NCBI GenBank assembly: GCA_000995965.1
Contig: LBYD01000003.1
Location: 17,713 to 81,712, forward strand
Source of the DNA: Candidatus Moranbacteria bacterium GW2011_GWC2_40_12
GTDB lineage: Bacteria > Patescibacteriota > Minisyncoccia > Moranbacterales > UBA11712
DNA: 64,000 nucleotides
Direction of reading: 5' to 3'
The position numbers were made by a program, and so were the translations under genes. Below the pieces are notes generated by a model. That model made no database searches and was not told the DNA's origin. It saw only the letters and a program-made list of their open reading frames with translations. Below are positions 1-9,614 of this stretch, in pieces. The stretch's first letter is position 1. The number at the start of each line of letters is the position of its first letter.

Positions 1-39
1 ACTTGTATAGACTATTAAACTTTCGGCTAGCTGTCAAGA

Positions 40-185
40 AACAATGCAAAATGCAAATAGGCCACGCCACCCCTTTCTCTATAAGCGAAAGCCTAACAAA
101 AATCAAAATAACAGTTCAGAATAAAAAAATATTTTTGAATTTTACATTGTCATTTTTCATTTTGATTTTTGAATTTTAAATTTTA
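40..185. repeat. AT-rich heptad-periodic palindromic intergenic element (ATGNAAA/ATCAAAA variant), near window edge
   Basis: Tandem 7-nt units atgcaaa/atcaaaa on the left and complementary tttcatt/ttgattt units on the right. Same architecture as the elements at 18103 and 42757. Confidence 0.5.
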
Positions 186-190
186 TCTTG

Positions 191-1396
191 CTATTCAAGA
201 ACAACTGGAATAATCACTTCCTTGCTATCTCTTATTATTTTCAATTTGATCTCCTCTCCCGGCTTATATTTCGAAACAAGGCGCGCCAAATTATTTTCAG
301 AATTCACTTCTTCCCCGTTCACGGAAACGATAACGTCAAAAATCTTGAGCCCCGCTTTTTCCGCGGAGCTTCCCGCGATAACAGCAAGTCCCTGCTGTCC
401 GCTCGGCGAGTATACAAACGCTCCACGATCCAAATTGCCAAACAGCGCCGCTGATTCGCTGGAAAGAGGCAAATAATAAGCCCCCAGTGATCCCCGTTTT
501 ACTGAACCGATTGAAATATATTGGTTTACTAGCTCCAAAATGCAGTCCGATGGAATGATAAAATATTGCTTCCTGTCAGATACATTTCGCACACCCATAA
601 TCCCGATCACGTTTCCGCCATAATTTGCCACAGCTCCGCCCACTACTCTCTCGTCCCCCTCCTCGTTCATTTCAAAATCAGCCACATAAACTCCCTGAAG
701 TTTTTCCGAAAGCGGCAATGCGCCCGCCAGCGAAAAATCAGAGTCATACTGGCTCACCAGCCCTGATTTATAGATAAGTTGAAAATTATTCCCGCTTCTT
801 CCAATCGCGACAGCCTTCATTCCGGTTTTTATATCTTCGGAGGCGATAAACGAGGCAACAGGTAAATTCTCCACGCCATCAATTTTGAGAAGCGCAAGGT
901 TTGTGAAATTGTCTACTGCCACCAGACGGGCGTCAAAGGATTTGTTCGTTTGCACAAAGACGCGATATTTTGCCTGATTCTCAAAAACTGCATCTTTATA
1001 TGTCAAAATCAGTCCGTCAGCTGTGATGACTAATCCGCTTCCGTATTTTGCCAGACTCGTGTCTTTTGTTTTTCCGGGATTTTTGCTTTCCCCTCTGAGG
1101 GACAAAATTTCCACAACGCTCGAGGCCGACTCATTTGAATAGCGCGAAATCGTCTGATCTTCGGAAACAGTCACTTGCTCGGTTTTGTTCACTATCACCA
1201 CGTTCTCGGTGGCTTTTTTAAAAAAATCATATTTCCCAATCCATTTTACAGTCGCAAGATATGGAAATAAATAGCGGTCAATTATAATCAAGCTGGCTCC
1301 GGAAAGAATGAATATGGTCATCACAAAAAAAACGATCCTGACAATCTTACGGACCCAATTTTTCTTTATTCTATTTTTTTCTCCTTTGCTTTCCAT
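191..1396 (-). CDS. HtrA/DegP-like trypsin-fold protein with PDZ domain, membrane-anchored; catalytic triad apparently substituted (pseudoprotease?)
   Basis: The ORF track product has an N-terminal TM helix, a trypsin-like core and a C-terminal PDZ-like region. The DegP motifs read TYKD (His), NLALLK (Asp) and ANYGGN (GNSGG Ser). ATG at 1396; the track begins at an upstream TTG at 1456. Confidence 0.7.
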   Translation of the reverse strand: MESKGEKNRIKKNWVRKIVRIVFFVMTIFILSGASLIIIDRYLFPYLATVKWIGKYDFFKKATENVVIVNKTEQVTVSEDQTISRYSNESASSVVEILSLRGESKNPGKTKDTSLAKYGSGLVITADGLILTYKDAVFENQAKYRVFVQTNKSFDARLVAVDNFTNLALLKIDGVENLPVASFIASEDIKTGMKAVAIGRSGNNFQLIYKSGLVSQYDSDFSLAGALPLSEKLQGVYVADFEMNEEGDERVVGGAVANYGGNVIGIMGVRNVSDRKQYFIIPSDCILELVNQYISIGSVKRGSLGAYYLPLSSESAALFGNLDRGAFVYSPSGQQGLAVIAGSSAEKAGLKIFDVIVSVNGEEVNSENNLARLVSKYKPGEEIKLKIIRDSKEVIIPVVLE

Positions 1397-1400
1397 TAGG

Positions 1401-2144
1401 CTAAATAGCTGGATACCATTTCGCGCTGAGAAGTATAAGCGAAGCGCCTCCGACAAGAAATAGTATGCTGAATGTCAGCCGCTTTATCGTCATTTTATCC
1501 AAGAAATAATTTCGGATAATCTCCCATCCCGAATAAAAAATTATAAGGGCAACCGCCCCGGTTGTCAAGTATCCAAAAGGCCATGCGTTTTGAATCCAGG
1601 TAGATACCGCCATCAGATAGGAAAGGAAAACAGCATAAAGAACCCTCTGACTGCGATTTATTTTAAGCTCATTGAAAACCAACAAAGCGTATGAAACGGG
1701 AAATGTGACCAAAGCAAAGATGATCATGATTATCCACGAGGGTACTGCAATGTTCAGATACCATCCATAGATAGCCGTAAACCAGCAAAAAAGGGCGGAA
1801 ATAGACGCCAGGTTCAGCATTGCCTTGGCAGTGAGATCCTTTCCGTATCTTCCCAGCCGAAAAGAGCCGAGAACCGCCAAATAGAAAACACCCGTCGAAA
1901 GAGCCAGAAAAGATTTCGCTTCCGCCGGAGAATCAATGAGAGGCAAAAGAAGAACCGATCCCACAAAAAGAAAAGCGGGGACAATAAAGTGGAGATATTT
2001 GCGGGAAATCCATTTTGTAGCAATCAAAAGAACGAGGAGAAAAATGATGCCTTCCCAAAGAAAAGTTGCCGGACGGCTGAAAGCGATCCAGAGTGCCCCG
2101 AAATACATCAGAGTGAGAAAAAAAATGCTAAATTCCCAAATCAT
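1401..2144 (-). CDS. polytopic integral membrane protein, function unknown
   Basis: 247-aa ORF with about 7 hydrophobic helices. ATG start. Tightly packed between the htrA-like gene and clpB. Confidence 0.6.
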   Translation of the reverse strand: MIWEFSIFFLTLMYFGALWIAFSRPATFLWEGIIFLLVLLIATKWISRKYLHFIVPAFLFVGSVLLLPLIDSPAEAKSFLALSTGVFYLAVLGSFRLGRYGKDLTAKAMLNLASISALFCWFTAIYGWYLNIAVPSWIIMIIFALVTFPVSYALLVFNELKINRSQRVLYAVFLSYLMAVSTWIQNAWPFGYLTTGAVALIIFYSGWEIIRNYFLDKMTIKRLTFSILFLVGGASLILLSAKWYPAI

Positions 2145-2155
2145 ATTTATTTATT

Positions 2156-4765
2156 TCATGCTAACACGATTTTTCCGCCTTTCGCTCCCACTTTTACCCG
2201 ACCTCCTTCTTTTATTTTTCTTTCGATTATCCGAAGGGCTAATTCGTCCAGAACCATGTTTTGGATGGCGCGCTTCAGAGGCCGCGCTCCAAAAACTGGA
2301 TCGAAGCCGGATTTCGCCAGAAGTTCTTCTGCATCCTGATTCACTTCCAGTTTAATATTTTTTTGCAAAAGGCGCTTTCGCACCATTTCCATTTGAAGCT
2401 CGATTATTCTTTTTACCTGCTCGATTCCAAGAGGATGGAAAATAATGATTTCATCAAGCCGGTTCAAAAATTCCGGTTTGAATTTTTCCCGCAAAGAATG
2501 CATGACCTTCTCTTTCATCTCCTCCTCGCGAAGAACCGACTGTTCACTTTTTCCGTCTCGAAAGCCGAAATCCTGCATCTTGTAGATTATCTCCGATCCT
2601 ACATTCGAAGTCATCACGACGACCGCGTTCTTGAAATTTACCACCCGTCCCTTAGCATCGGTGAGGCGCCCTTCGTCAAGAATTTGCAAAAGGACGTTAA
2701 ACACATCATGATGGGCTTTTTCAATTTCGTCAAAGAGAATGAGGCTGTATGGCCGGCGCCGCACCTTTTCAGTCAGTTGTCCCCCTTCTTCATATCCTAT
2801 GTATCCCGGGGGTGAGCCGACAATTTTAGCAACCGAGTGCTGTTCCATGTATTCACTCATATCCACCCTGATCATGGCGTTTTCATCATTGAATAAAAAT
2901 TCGGCAAGGGCCTTGGCAAGCTCCGTCTTCCCGACGCCAGTCGGGCCAAGAAACATGAAGGATCCGATTGGCCGGTTCTCTTCGGAAATCCCGGCACGCG
3001 ATCGGCGAAGAGCATGAGCCACAGCCTGAATGGCTTCCTCCTGGCCAACCACCCGCTTTTTGAGGACCTCTTCTATTTTCACCAGCTTTTCCATTTCTCC
3101 CTCCATCATTTTGGCGACGGGGATTCCAGTCCAGCGGGAAACAACTTTGGCGATATCTTCCTCTGCCACCTCTTCTTTGAGGATCGGATTTTTCTTTTGA
3201 AGAACCACCAATTTTTTTTGCTCGGCTTTTATTTTTTTCTCCAGTTCCGGAATCCTTCCGTAGCGGATTTCCGCCACTCCAGCGAGCTCCCCTTTCTGTT
3301 CCATTATGTCCGAATCGCTTTTCAGGCGGTCGATTTCTCCTTTATGCGCCCTGATGTTCGCGATGAGATTTTTCTCGCTCTTCCACTGCAATTTCCAGCT
3401 GTCAACTTTCTCCTTGATGTCGGCCAGTTTTTTTTCAATTTCCTTGAGCCGGTTTCTTGAATTTCTGTCTTTTTCTTTCTTGATGGCTTCTTTTTCAATT
3501 TCCAGTTTTCTTTTCTGGTGCTCAAGATCGTCAATTTCAGCCGGCAGGCTGTCAATTTCCATCCGGAGCGCCGAAGCGGCCTCGTCGATGAGGTCAACCG
3601 CTTTGTCAGGAAGATTGCGGTCAGTGATATAGCGGCTTGAAAGTCGGGCGGCCGAAACAATGGCTCCATCCGTTATCCGGACTCCGTGATGAACTTCATA
3701 TTTTTCTTTGAGCCCTCGTAAAATGGCAATTGTATCTTCAACCGACGGTTCACTGACAAAGACAGGCTGAAAACGCCTCTCGAGAGCCGCGTCCCGCTCA
3801 ATATATCTCTGATATTCCTTGAGAGTAGTCGCTCCAATTGCCTTTATTTTTCCCCGGGCGAGAGCGGGTTTGAGCATATTCGAAGCGTCCATCGCCCCTT
3901 CCATCGCCCCGGCGCCAACCAGGGTATGGAGTTCGTCAATGAATAAAATATACCGGCCGGCCGATTTTTCAATTTCTTTTATAATCGCTTTGAATCTTTC
4001 TTCGAATTCCCCCCTGAATTTTGATCCAGCCAAAATAAGACCCAGATCCAGCATCAAAATTTCTTTTCCTTTGAGATTTTCCGGAACGTCACCGTTCACA
4101 ATCCTTTGAGCCAAGCCTTCGGCTATGGCTGTTTTCCCGGTTCCCGCTTCGCCGATCAGAACCGGATTGTTTTTCGTCCTGCGTGTCAGCACCTGCATGA
4201 TGCGCCGGATTTCTTCTTCGCGGCCAATCACCGGATCCAACTTTTTCTGAGACGCCTCTTGGGTGAGATTAATCGTGTATTTTTCAAGCACCTGATATTT
4301 CCCTTCCGGCATTGGGCTGTCAATTTTTTCGCTTCCCCGGACTTCTTTCATGATCTTGGAAACTTTTTCCCTTGAAATTCCCTGCTCTTCCAGGATTTTT
4401 TTGGCATTGCTCGCCACTTTGAAAAGTGACAAAAAGATATGCTCAGTGCTGACAAACTCATCCCCCATCGCCTGGGCCTGATTGAAAGCTTCTTGAAGAA
4501 CGCTCGCCATTTCTGATGAAAGATAAAATTGGGGCGCACCGGCCACTTTTGGAATTTTTTCAATCTCACTGAAAATTTTTTTCTTCAATTTTTCGCGCTC
4601 GATTTCCAGTTTGTCTATTATTGTCGGAACAATGCTTTCTTGCTGGCCGAGAAGGACATAGAGAAGGTGCAAAACATCCACCACGTTCTGCTGCCGGCTT
4701 TGAGACATCTGCTGGGCGCCCTGAAGGGCTTCTTGAGATTTGATAGTTAGTTTATTTAAATCCAT
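2156..4765 (-). CDS. clpB: ATP-dependent chaperone ClpB (AAA+ disaggregase)
   Basis: 869 aa with an N-domain and two Walker A motifs ([17 protein letters not shown]). A long coiled-coil M-domain sits between the NBDs. Ends with TGA. Confidence 0.95.
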   Translation of the reverse strand: MDLNKLTIKSQEALQGAQQMSQSRQQNVVDVLHLLYVLLGQQESIVPTIIDKLEIEREKLKKKIFSEIEKIPKVAGAPQFYLSSEMASVLQEAFNQAQAMGDEFVSTEHIFLSLFKVASNAKKILEEQGISREKVSKIMKEVRGSEKIDSPMPEGKYQVLEKYTINLTQEASQKKLDPVIGREEEIRRIMQVLTRRTKNNPVLIGEAGTGKTAIAEGLAQRIVNGDVPENLKGKEILMLDLGLILAGSKFRGEFEERFKAIIKEIEKSAGRYILFIDELHTLVGAGAMEGAMDASNMLKPALARGKIKAIGATTLKEYQRYIERDAALERRFQPVFVSEPSVEDTIAILRGLKEKYEVHHGVRITDGAIVSAARLSSRYITDRNLPDKAVDLIDEAASALRMEIDSLPAEIDDLEHQKRKLEIEKEAIKKEKDRNSRNRLKEIEKKLADIKEKVDSWKLQWKSEKNLIANIRAHKGEIDRLKSDSDIMEQKGELAGVAEIRYGRIPELEKKIKAEQKKLVVLQKKNPILKEEVAEEDIAKVVSRWTGIPVAKMMEGEMEKLVKIEEVLKKRVVGQEEAIQAVAHALRRSRAGISEENRPIGSFMFLGPTGVGKTELAKALAEFLFNDENAMIRVDMSEYMEQHSVAKIVGSPPGYIGYEEGGQLTEKVRRRPYSLILFDEIEKAHHDVFNVLLQILDEGRLTDAKGRVVNFKNAVVVMTSNVGSEIIYKMQDFGFRDGKSEQSVLREEEMKEKVMHSLREKFKPEFLNRLDEIIIFHPLGIEQVKRIIELQMEMVRKRLLQKNIKLEVNQDAEELLAKSGFDPVFGARPLKRAIQNMVLDELALRIIERKIKEGGRVKVGAKGGKIVLA

Positions 4766-4806
4766 ATTTATATAGTTTATTTATTAGCACTCGAATGATA
4801 TGAGTG

Positions 4807-5034
4807 CTAATTTATTATATATCTTCTATTTGCTTTGTCAACCTTTATTACGCCCCGAAATACTTTATCATTCAAAGCATTCTTCACTTTTATTTTGGTT
4901 TTTTCAGCCAGAGACTGGTCCGCCTTTGGCGGAGATTTTTGCACTTTGAATTTACTATAAAAAGCCCCCGCCGTCAAAAGGGGAGGAAAATTTAGACACA
5001 AAAAAAGCGCAATAAAGTCCATTTCTGCGCCCAA
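4807..5034 (-). CDS. small hypothetical ORF, doubtful
   Basis: 75-aa ORF in the 430-bp gap between pcm and clpB. No recognisable features. A competing plus-strand ORF (4804..4995) and a hairpin with a T-run lie at about 5125-5150. Confidence 0.2.
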   Translation of the reverse strand: MGAEMDFIALFLCLNFPPLLTAGAFYSKFKVQKSPPKADQSLAEKTKIKVKNALNDKVFRGVIKVDKANRRYIIN

Positions 5035-5191
5035 ACCGCCGATGACAAATCCGGCGAAGTTTGCACTAATCGAAGGGCCGGCTGATATTGAAAACGGACT
5101 GTTTATCCCTTTCGCTATTTTTTTGTCGATATCGGGGAATTATTCCCGTTTTATTATAGCAGAGGGGATAAAAAAATAGGATTTCCGCAGT

Positions 5192-5815
5192 TTATTTTTC
5201 TTCCCCAATCAGAGGCACAAAAGCAAATCCGGGATATTCTTCCTCGCGGAAATCTTTTTCGGAAATTTTTTCTACCGTCCAAATGCTGTTTTTCACCGGG
5301 ATCACGAGCCTTCCACCAACGGCCAGCTGTTTTTTCATCTCCCTGGGTATTTCTTTGGCTGAAGCAGAAACAAGAATGCGCTGGTAGGGCGCTTCGTTGA
5401 CATATCCCTTTGTTCCGTCAGTGCAGATTATTTTTACCCGCCCCCCTTCGATAAGGTTATATTTGCTCACATTATTCATTCCAAAATGGCAGAGATCCTT
5501 GATTCGTTCCATTCCGATCACTTTTCCTTTTTTTCCGACAATATGCGCAAGAAGTGCCGTCGTCCAGCCGGAACCCGATCCAACATCAAGAACCTTGTCT
5601 CCCGGAAGCGGACCAAGTTTTTCCATCATAAAAGCCACTGTGAGTGGCTGGGAAATAGTCTGCCCCTGCCCGATTGGAAGCGGAATATTGGCTTGAGACG
5701 CGCTCTCTAGCTCTTCCGGAACAAAATCTACCCGCCGAATTTTTGAGAAAGCGTCAATAATCCGATCGGTCTTCAGATAGCCCTGGTATACTAAATCGCG
5801 AATTAGCGAATCCAT
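5192..5815 (-). CDS. pcm: protein-L-isoaspartate O-methyltransferase
   Basis: 207 aa. Carries the SAM-MTase motif VLDVGSGSGW and the PIMT-like GQTISQPLTVAFMME motif. Confidence 0.9.
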   Translation of the reverse strand: MDSLIRDLVYQGYLKTDRIIDAFSKIRRVDFVPEELESASQANIPLPIGQGQTISQPLTVAFMMEKLGPLPGDKVLDVGSGSGWTTALLAHIVGKKGKVIGMERIKDLCHFGMNNVSKYNLIEGGRVKIICTDGTKGYVNEAPYQRILVSASAKEIPREMKKQLAVGGRLVIPVKNSIWTVEKISEKDFREEEYPGFAFVPLIGEEK

Positions 5816-5844
5816 GAAGCTGAACTAATTTAACTTATAACTTG

Positions 5845-6285
5845 TCATTCCCCCATTATCTGCACAATTATGGATCTTTTTCTTGCCCCGTCCATTTCAA
5901 CAAAAAAAATGCTTTGAAGACTGCCAAGCAGCATCTTCCCTTTTTCGATCGGGACTGTTTCGCTATTGCCTATCAGCATATTTTTACAATGGCTATGCCC
6001 GTTTGAACGTCCATCAGACCGGTTCATTCTTTTGAGTTCAAAGAGATCATGGGAATATCTTTCATCAATAGGAACCAGCCTATAAAGCATTCTCTGGAGG
6101 TCCTGAAGAAGCAGGGACTCGTTTTCATTGATGGCAATTCCGGCTGTCGTGTGCCCGGAAAAGACCAGTACCTGCCCATTTTCAATTTTCGATCCTTTGA
6201 CGGCCTCGTCAACTGCCGTGGTGATGTCGATGAATTCAATCTGGCTTCGGGATTCTTTTTCGATTGTTTTTTTGTATATTTTCAT
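5845..6285 (-). CDS. yjbQ: YjbQ/UPF0047 family protein (secondary thiamine-phosphate synthase-like)
   Basis: 146 aa. Carries the HTTAGIAINENE motif and a C-terminal GxxQxIxxxExDGxRxRxxxxQxMGE, as in E. coli YjbQ. Confidence 0.8.
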   Translation of the reverse strand: MKIYKKTIEKESRSQIEFIDITTAVDEAVKGSKIENGQVLVFSGHTTAGIAINENESLLLQDLQRMLYRLVPIDERYSHDLFELKRMNRSDGRSNGHSHCKNMLIGNSETVPIEKGKMLLGSLQSIFFVEMDGARKRSIIVQIMGE

Positions 6286-6291
6286 TTTGAC

Positions 6292-6361
6292 GTAATTTGT
6301 AATTAGTAAATGGTAATTGGGATTTTAGTGTCCAAATTACGAATTACAAATTACCAATTAC
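6292..6361. repeat. heptad-periodic palindromic element, GTAATTN variant
   Basis: gtaattt gtaatta gtaaatg gtaattg, then a loop, then aaattac gaattac aaattac caattac. Sits between yjbQ and the malic enzyme. Confidence 0.7.
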
Positions 6362-7488
6362 TTAAAAACTTTTGCGACAACTCGAGCAACCCTCCTATCC
6401 AGCACGTCTGGCACTATTTTATCACTTTTTGGATTTTTCACCAAACTGGCAATTGCAAGGGCGATTCCAATCTTGATCTTTTCGGAAATAATATTGGTTC
6501 TCGCATCAAGCGCCCCTCGAAAAAGACCTGGAAAAACAAGGGCATTGTTGATCTGATTGGGAAAATCGCTTCTTCCGGTCGCCATGACCGCTGCCCCGCC
6601 TTTTTTACCTTCCTTATAAGAAATTTCTGGAACCGGATTGCTCATGGCAAAGACAATCGCTCCTTTATTCATTCGGCGGATATCGCCGGCTGTCAGAAGC
6701 CTCCCCGTTGACACGCCAATGAACACGTCCGCCCCTTCGAGGGCTTCGCCGACGCTTGTGAAAAATTTTTCGTTTCCGGTTACGCAAGCGATTTCTTTTT
6801 TTGGACCATTTGTCTTTCGCAAGCAATTGCAGCAAAGAGATCCCTTGCTGTCAAAGACAACTATTTTTCGCGCTCCGTATTTTGACAATAGTTTTGTGAC
6901 AGCCGTTCCTGCTGCCCCCGCTCCCGAAATCACAATCCGGACATTTCTGATGTTCTTTTTCACGACTTTGAGCGCATTGACGAGTCCGGCCAGGACCGCA
7001 ATGGCCGTCCCGTGCTGATCATCGTGAAAAACGGGAATGTCCAGCTCGTTCACTAATCTTTTTTCTATCTCAAAACATCTCGGAGCAGAAATATCTTCGA
7101 GGTTTATTCCGCCGAAACCCGGTGCGATATTTTTCACGGTTTCAATGATTTTTTCCGTATCCTGCGTCGCAAGAATAATCGGAACTGCGTCCACATTCGC
7201 CAATTCTTTGAACAAAACGGACTTTCCTTCCATTACCGGAAGAGCCGCCTCCGGTCCCAGATTCCCCAAACCCAAAATGGCGCTGCCGTCTGAAACAATC
7301 GCAACGCTATTTTTTTTCCAAGTGAGTTCAAAAACTTTTTTTTTATTTTTCGCTATTTCCCGAGAAAGTTCGGCAACGCCGGGAGTATAGAGAATCGGTA
7401 AATTGCGTTTTGTAAGTCTGCGGCGACTTTTTATTTCTATCTTGCTGCCTTGAAAATTTTGAATTTTGAATTTTGAATTTTGAATCAA
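6358..7488 (-). CDS. NAD(P)-dependent malic enzyme (short form)
   Basis: Carries the LPILYTPGVA motif, a Rossmann GAGAAG motif and malic-enzyme-like length and order. There is no ATG: the track starts at TTG 7488 and the first ~12 codons are read from the repeat, so the start is uncertain. Confidence 0.85.
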   Translation of the reverse strand: MIQNSKFKIQNFQGSKIEIKSRRRLTKRNLPILYTPGVAELSREIAKNKKKVFELTWKKNSVAIVSDGSAILGLGNLGPEAALPVMEGKSVLFKELANVDAVPIILATQDTEKIIETVKNIAPGFGGINLEDISAPRCFEIEKRLVNELDIPVFHDDQHGTAIAVLAGLVNALKVVKKNIRNVRIVISGAGAAGTAVTKLLSKYGARKIVVFDSKGSLCCNCLRKTNGPKKEIACVTGNEKFFTSVGEALEGADVFIGVSTGRLLTAGDIRRMNKGAIVFAMSNPVPEISYKEGKKGGAAVMATGRSDFPNQINNALVFPGLFRGALDARTNIISEKIKIGIALAIASLVKNPKSDKIVPDVLDRRVARVVAKVFK

Positions 7489-7538
7489 ATTATGATGATT
7501 GAATTTTAATTTCGAAATTATTTAATTCAAAATTAAAG
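7452..7538. repeat. heptad/octad-periodic palindromic element (TTGAATTT variant)
   Basis: ttgaattt occurs four times in tandem, followed by complementary aattcaaaatt units. Confidence 0.65.
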
Positions 7539-7563
7539 TCAATGAATAAAGAAGTAGTCCAAA

Positions 7564-8484
7564 TCAAGCCGATATTTGCAATTTCTTATAAACAGAACCA
7601 GCAGCAACCGCTCCTTCCGCCGCCGCGGTGATAATCTGCCGCAATTTATTCGATCCGTTAGTCACGTCTCCCGCCGCCCAAACGCCGGAAATATTCGTGG
7701 TTTGGCCGCTGTCCACCTTGACATATCCCTGCTCGTCCGTTTCGATTCCCAATTGATTTGTTATTTCCACCCCAGGCTCGCTGCCAATTTCAATGAAAAC
7801 TCCTTGAACTGCCAATTCTCCGCTGCCAGCGTGCTGTTTGTCCAAAACAATTTTTTCAACCGCCTTATCCCCTTTTATCTCTTTGATATTCGTACTGAAG
7901 ATGACTTCGATTTTTCTCTCGGCCGAAATTTTTTCCATATAGGCAGGATCTATCTTGAGTTTTTCCCCCCGATAGATCAAATACACTTGGCTGGCATATC
8001 GAGAAAGAAGCAGTGCGGCCGACCCCGCGCTGTTTCCTCCACCGACTACCGCCACAACTTTTTCTTTGAAAAAAGCGGCATCGCAGGTCGGGCAATAGGA
8101 AACCCCCTTGCCTTTGAATTCAGCTTCACCCGGAATTTGAAGTTTCCGGTATTCCATTCCTGACGCCAAAATTATATTTTTTGCCTGATACTCACCGGAA
8201 TGAGTCGTGATTTTGAATATATCCCCCTCTTTCGAGACGCTGGACACCGAATCCATCAGGATCTCCCCACCCAATTTTTCAGCGTGTTCGCGCATTTTTT
8301 GCAAAAGCTCAAAACCGGGCATAGAAACAGTTCCCGGCCAATTTTCGATCTGGTGGGCTTCGTTGGCTTGCCCGCCGGGTTCCCTTCCAATCACAAGATG
8401 CTTCACCTTATAGCGCGAAGAATAGATAGAAGCCGTGAGGCCCGCTGGCCCGGCACCGATGATAATTAGATCGAAGATATCCAT
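7564..8484 (-). CDS. trxB: thioredoxin-disulfide reductase
   Basis: 306 aa. Carries the FAD motif IIGAGPAGLTA, the redox motif CPTCD and an NADPH-binding GGGNSA motif. Confidence 0.9.
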   Translation of the reverse strand: MDIFDLIIIGAGPAGLTASIYSSRYKVKHLVIGREPGGQANEAHQIENWPGTVSMPGFELLQKMREHAEKLGGEILMDSVSSVSKEGDIFKITTHSGEYQAKNIILASGMEYRKLQIPGEAEFKGKGVSYCPTCDAAFFKEKVVAVVGGGNSAGSAALLLSRYASQVYLIYRGEKLKIDPAYMEKISAERKIEVIFSTNIKEIKGDKAVEKIVLDKQHAGSGELAVQGVFIEIGSEPGVEITNQLGIETDEQGYVKVDSGQTTNISGVWAAGDVTNGSNKLRQIITAAAEGAVAAGSVYKKLQISA

Positions 8485-8490
8485 GACTAT

Positions 8491-8591
8491 AATTTTGAAT
8501 TCGGAATTGTGAATTGTGAATAGGAATATTGAATACGGAATTCAGAATTCTATATTCTTGATTCCTATTCTAAATTCGCAGTTCTCAATTC
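8491..8591. repeat. heptad-periodic palindromic element (GAATTNN type)
   Basis: gaattcg gaattgt gaattgt gaatagg ..., then a loop, then ..cctattc taaattc gcagttc tcaattc. Sits between trxB and trxA. Confidence 0.75.
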
Positions 8592-8621
8592 TTTTTCGTA
8601 TTTTTAGTTATAAAATACTTT

Positions 8622-8936
8622 CTATACTTTCCCCAATTCCTCTTTCAATCCTTCCTTATTCTGCACGCCCACCAATTGCTTCATTTCCTTTCCGTCTTTG
8701 AAGATGATCATTGTTGGGATGGACATTATTCCGTATTTCGAGGCAGTTTCGCGATTTTCATCCACATTCAGTTTCCCTATTTTAAAATTGTCCTTCAGCT
8801 CCTGCGCCAGTTCGTCAATAATCGGTCCCATCATCTGGCAGGGACCGCACCATGCCGCCCAAAAATCGACGAGAACAGGCTTTTCGCTTTTGAGAACTTC
8901 TGCTTCAAAATTTTGGTCTGTGAACTCATGCGCCAT
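8622..8936 (-). CDS. trxA: thioredoxin
   Basis: 104 aa with the WAAWCGPCQ active site. Confidence 0.95.
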   Translation of the reverse strand: MAHEFTDQNFEAEVLKSEKPVLVDFWAAWCGPCQMMGPIIDELAQELKDNFKIGKLNVDENRETASKYGIMSIPTMIIFKDGKEMKQLVGVQNKEGLKEELGKV

Positions 8937-8993
8937 AAATTTGACTCCAATATCCGATGTTAGGAGTGTCCCAATACCGGAAGTTGGAACATT

Positions 8994-9509
8994 TTAAGCT
9001 TTTTTACGATTTACATAAAGAAGCGCTGCTCCGCCGACAAGGATAAGCGCAATCAATACTACGGGAAAGATATTTTTTTTATTTCCGGTCGGATTCTGTT
9101 CCGGCTGGTTTTGTTGATTCATATTTTTTCCCGCTGCCTTTCCGTTTTTTTCCGGATCCGGTAGTTCCCTGGCTTCCACATTGGAGATCTCCTTTTCAAA
9201 ATTATCAATAATTGGCTGATCACCGACTAAAAACTTGTCGCCAAAAGCAATGGCCGGCACGCTCCCTTTATATTCACTGTCAAACGCTTCTCCGAACTTC
9301 ATCAGCAGCCGGGCGTTGAAAGGATTTGAAAATTCAAGCTTAGTGATTTCGTATTTGTCATAAATCCCGTTCTCGCTGAAATATTCGTCCACTTTTACGC
9401 AATGCGGGCAGGTATCACCGTAGAAATAGTAGGCCTTTTTCTTGCCGGCATCTTGAGCAGAGACCAAAAACGGAATTAGCAGAAATAAAGCAATAATTGA
9501 TTTTTTCAT
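8994..9509 (-). CDS. secreted thioredoxin-fold (glutaredoxin/DsbA-like) protein with C-terminal membrane anchor
   Basis: Signal peptide MKKSIIALFLLIPFLVSA and a CPHC motif. The C-terminus ends ..NPTGNKKNIFPVVLIALILVGGAALLYVNRKKA (hydrophobic stretch plus basic tail). ATG at 9509; the track starts at an upstream GTG at 9545. Confidence 0.7.
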   Translation of the reverse strand: MKKSIIALFLLIPFLVSAQDAGKKKAYYFYGDTCPHCVKVDEYFSENGIYDKYEITKLEFSNPFNARLLMKFGEAFDSEYKGSVPAIAFGDKFLVGDQPIIDNFEKEISNVEARELPDPEKNGKAAGKNMNQQNQPEQNPTGNKKNIFPVVLIALILVGGAALLYVNRKKA

Positions 9510-9545
9510 GGTTTTTTCTTTACAAGTAACAAATATGCTTCGCAC

Positions 9546-9613
9546 TGCGAATATACGAACGCAAGAACCTTTCCGAAATTCGTATATTCGTAAAAGATTC
9601 GTAATTCGTAAAG
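9546..9613. repeat. heptad-periodic palindromic element (ATTCGTA variant)
   Basis: gcgaatatacgaacg is the left arm. The right arm is ttcgtatattcgtaaaagattcgtaattcgtaaag. It abuts the uppS stop. Confidence 0.6.
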
Positions 9614-9614
9614 A

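Noticed and set aside
2261-4750. Multiple plus-strand ORFs (2261..2815, 3014..3460, 4106..4375, etc.) overlapping clpB
   Set aside because: They are antisense to clpB, with no start context and a low-complexity composition.
7452-7488. N-terminal extensions of several genes through repeats (malic enzyme TTG 7488, Mur ligase fragment TTG 57374, htrA-like TTG 1456, mraZ TTG 18677, uvrA TTG 36997)
   Set aside because: The ORF track treats TTG/GTG as Met. In each case a downstream ATG gives a protein with a canonical family N-terminus, so the extensions are probably not translated. The malic enzyme is the exception: it has no ATG and its start remains uncertain.
8516-8701. ORFs translating the repeat elements (8516..8701 +, 14408..14641 -, 55450..55635 -, with the recurring peptide ILNSQFSI)
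   Set aside because: They are read entirely from the heptad repeats and the surrounding intergenic sequence. The recurring peptide is a by-product of repeat sequence, not conservation.
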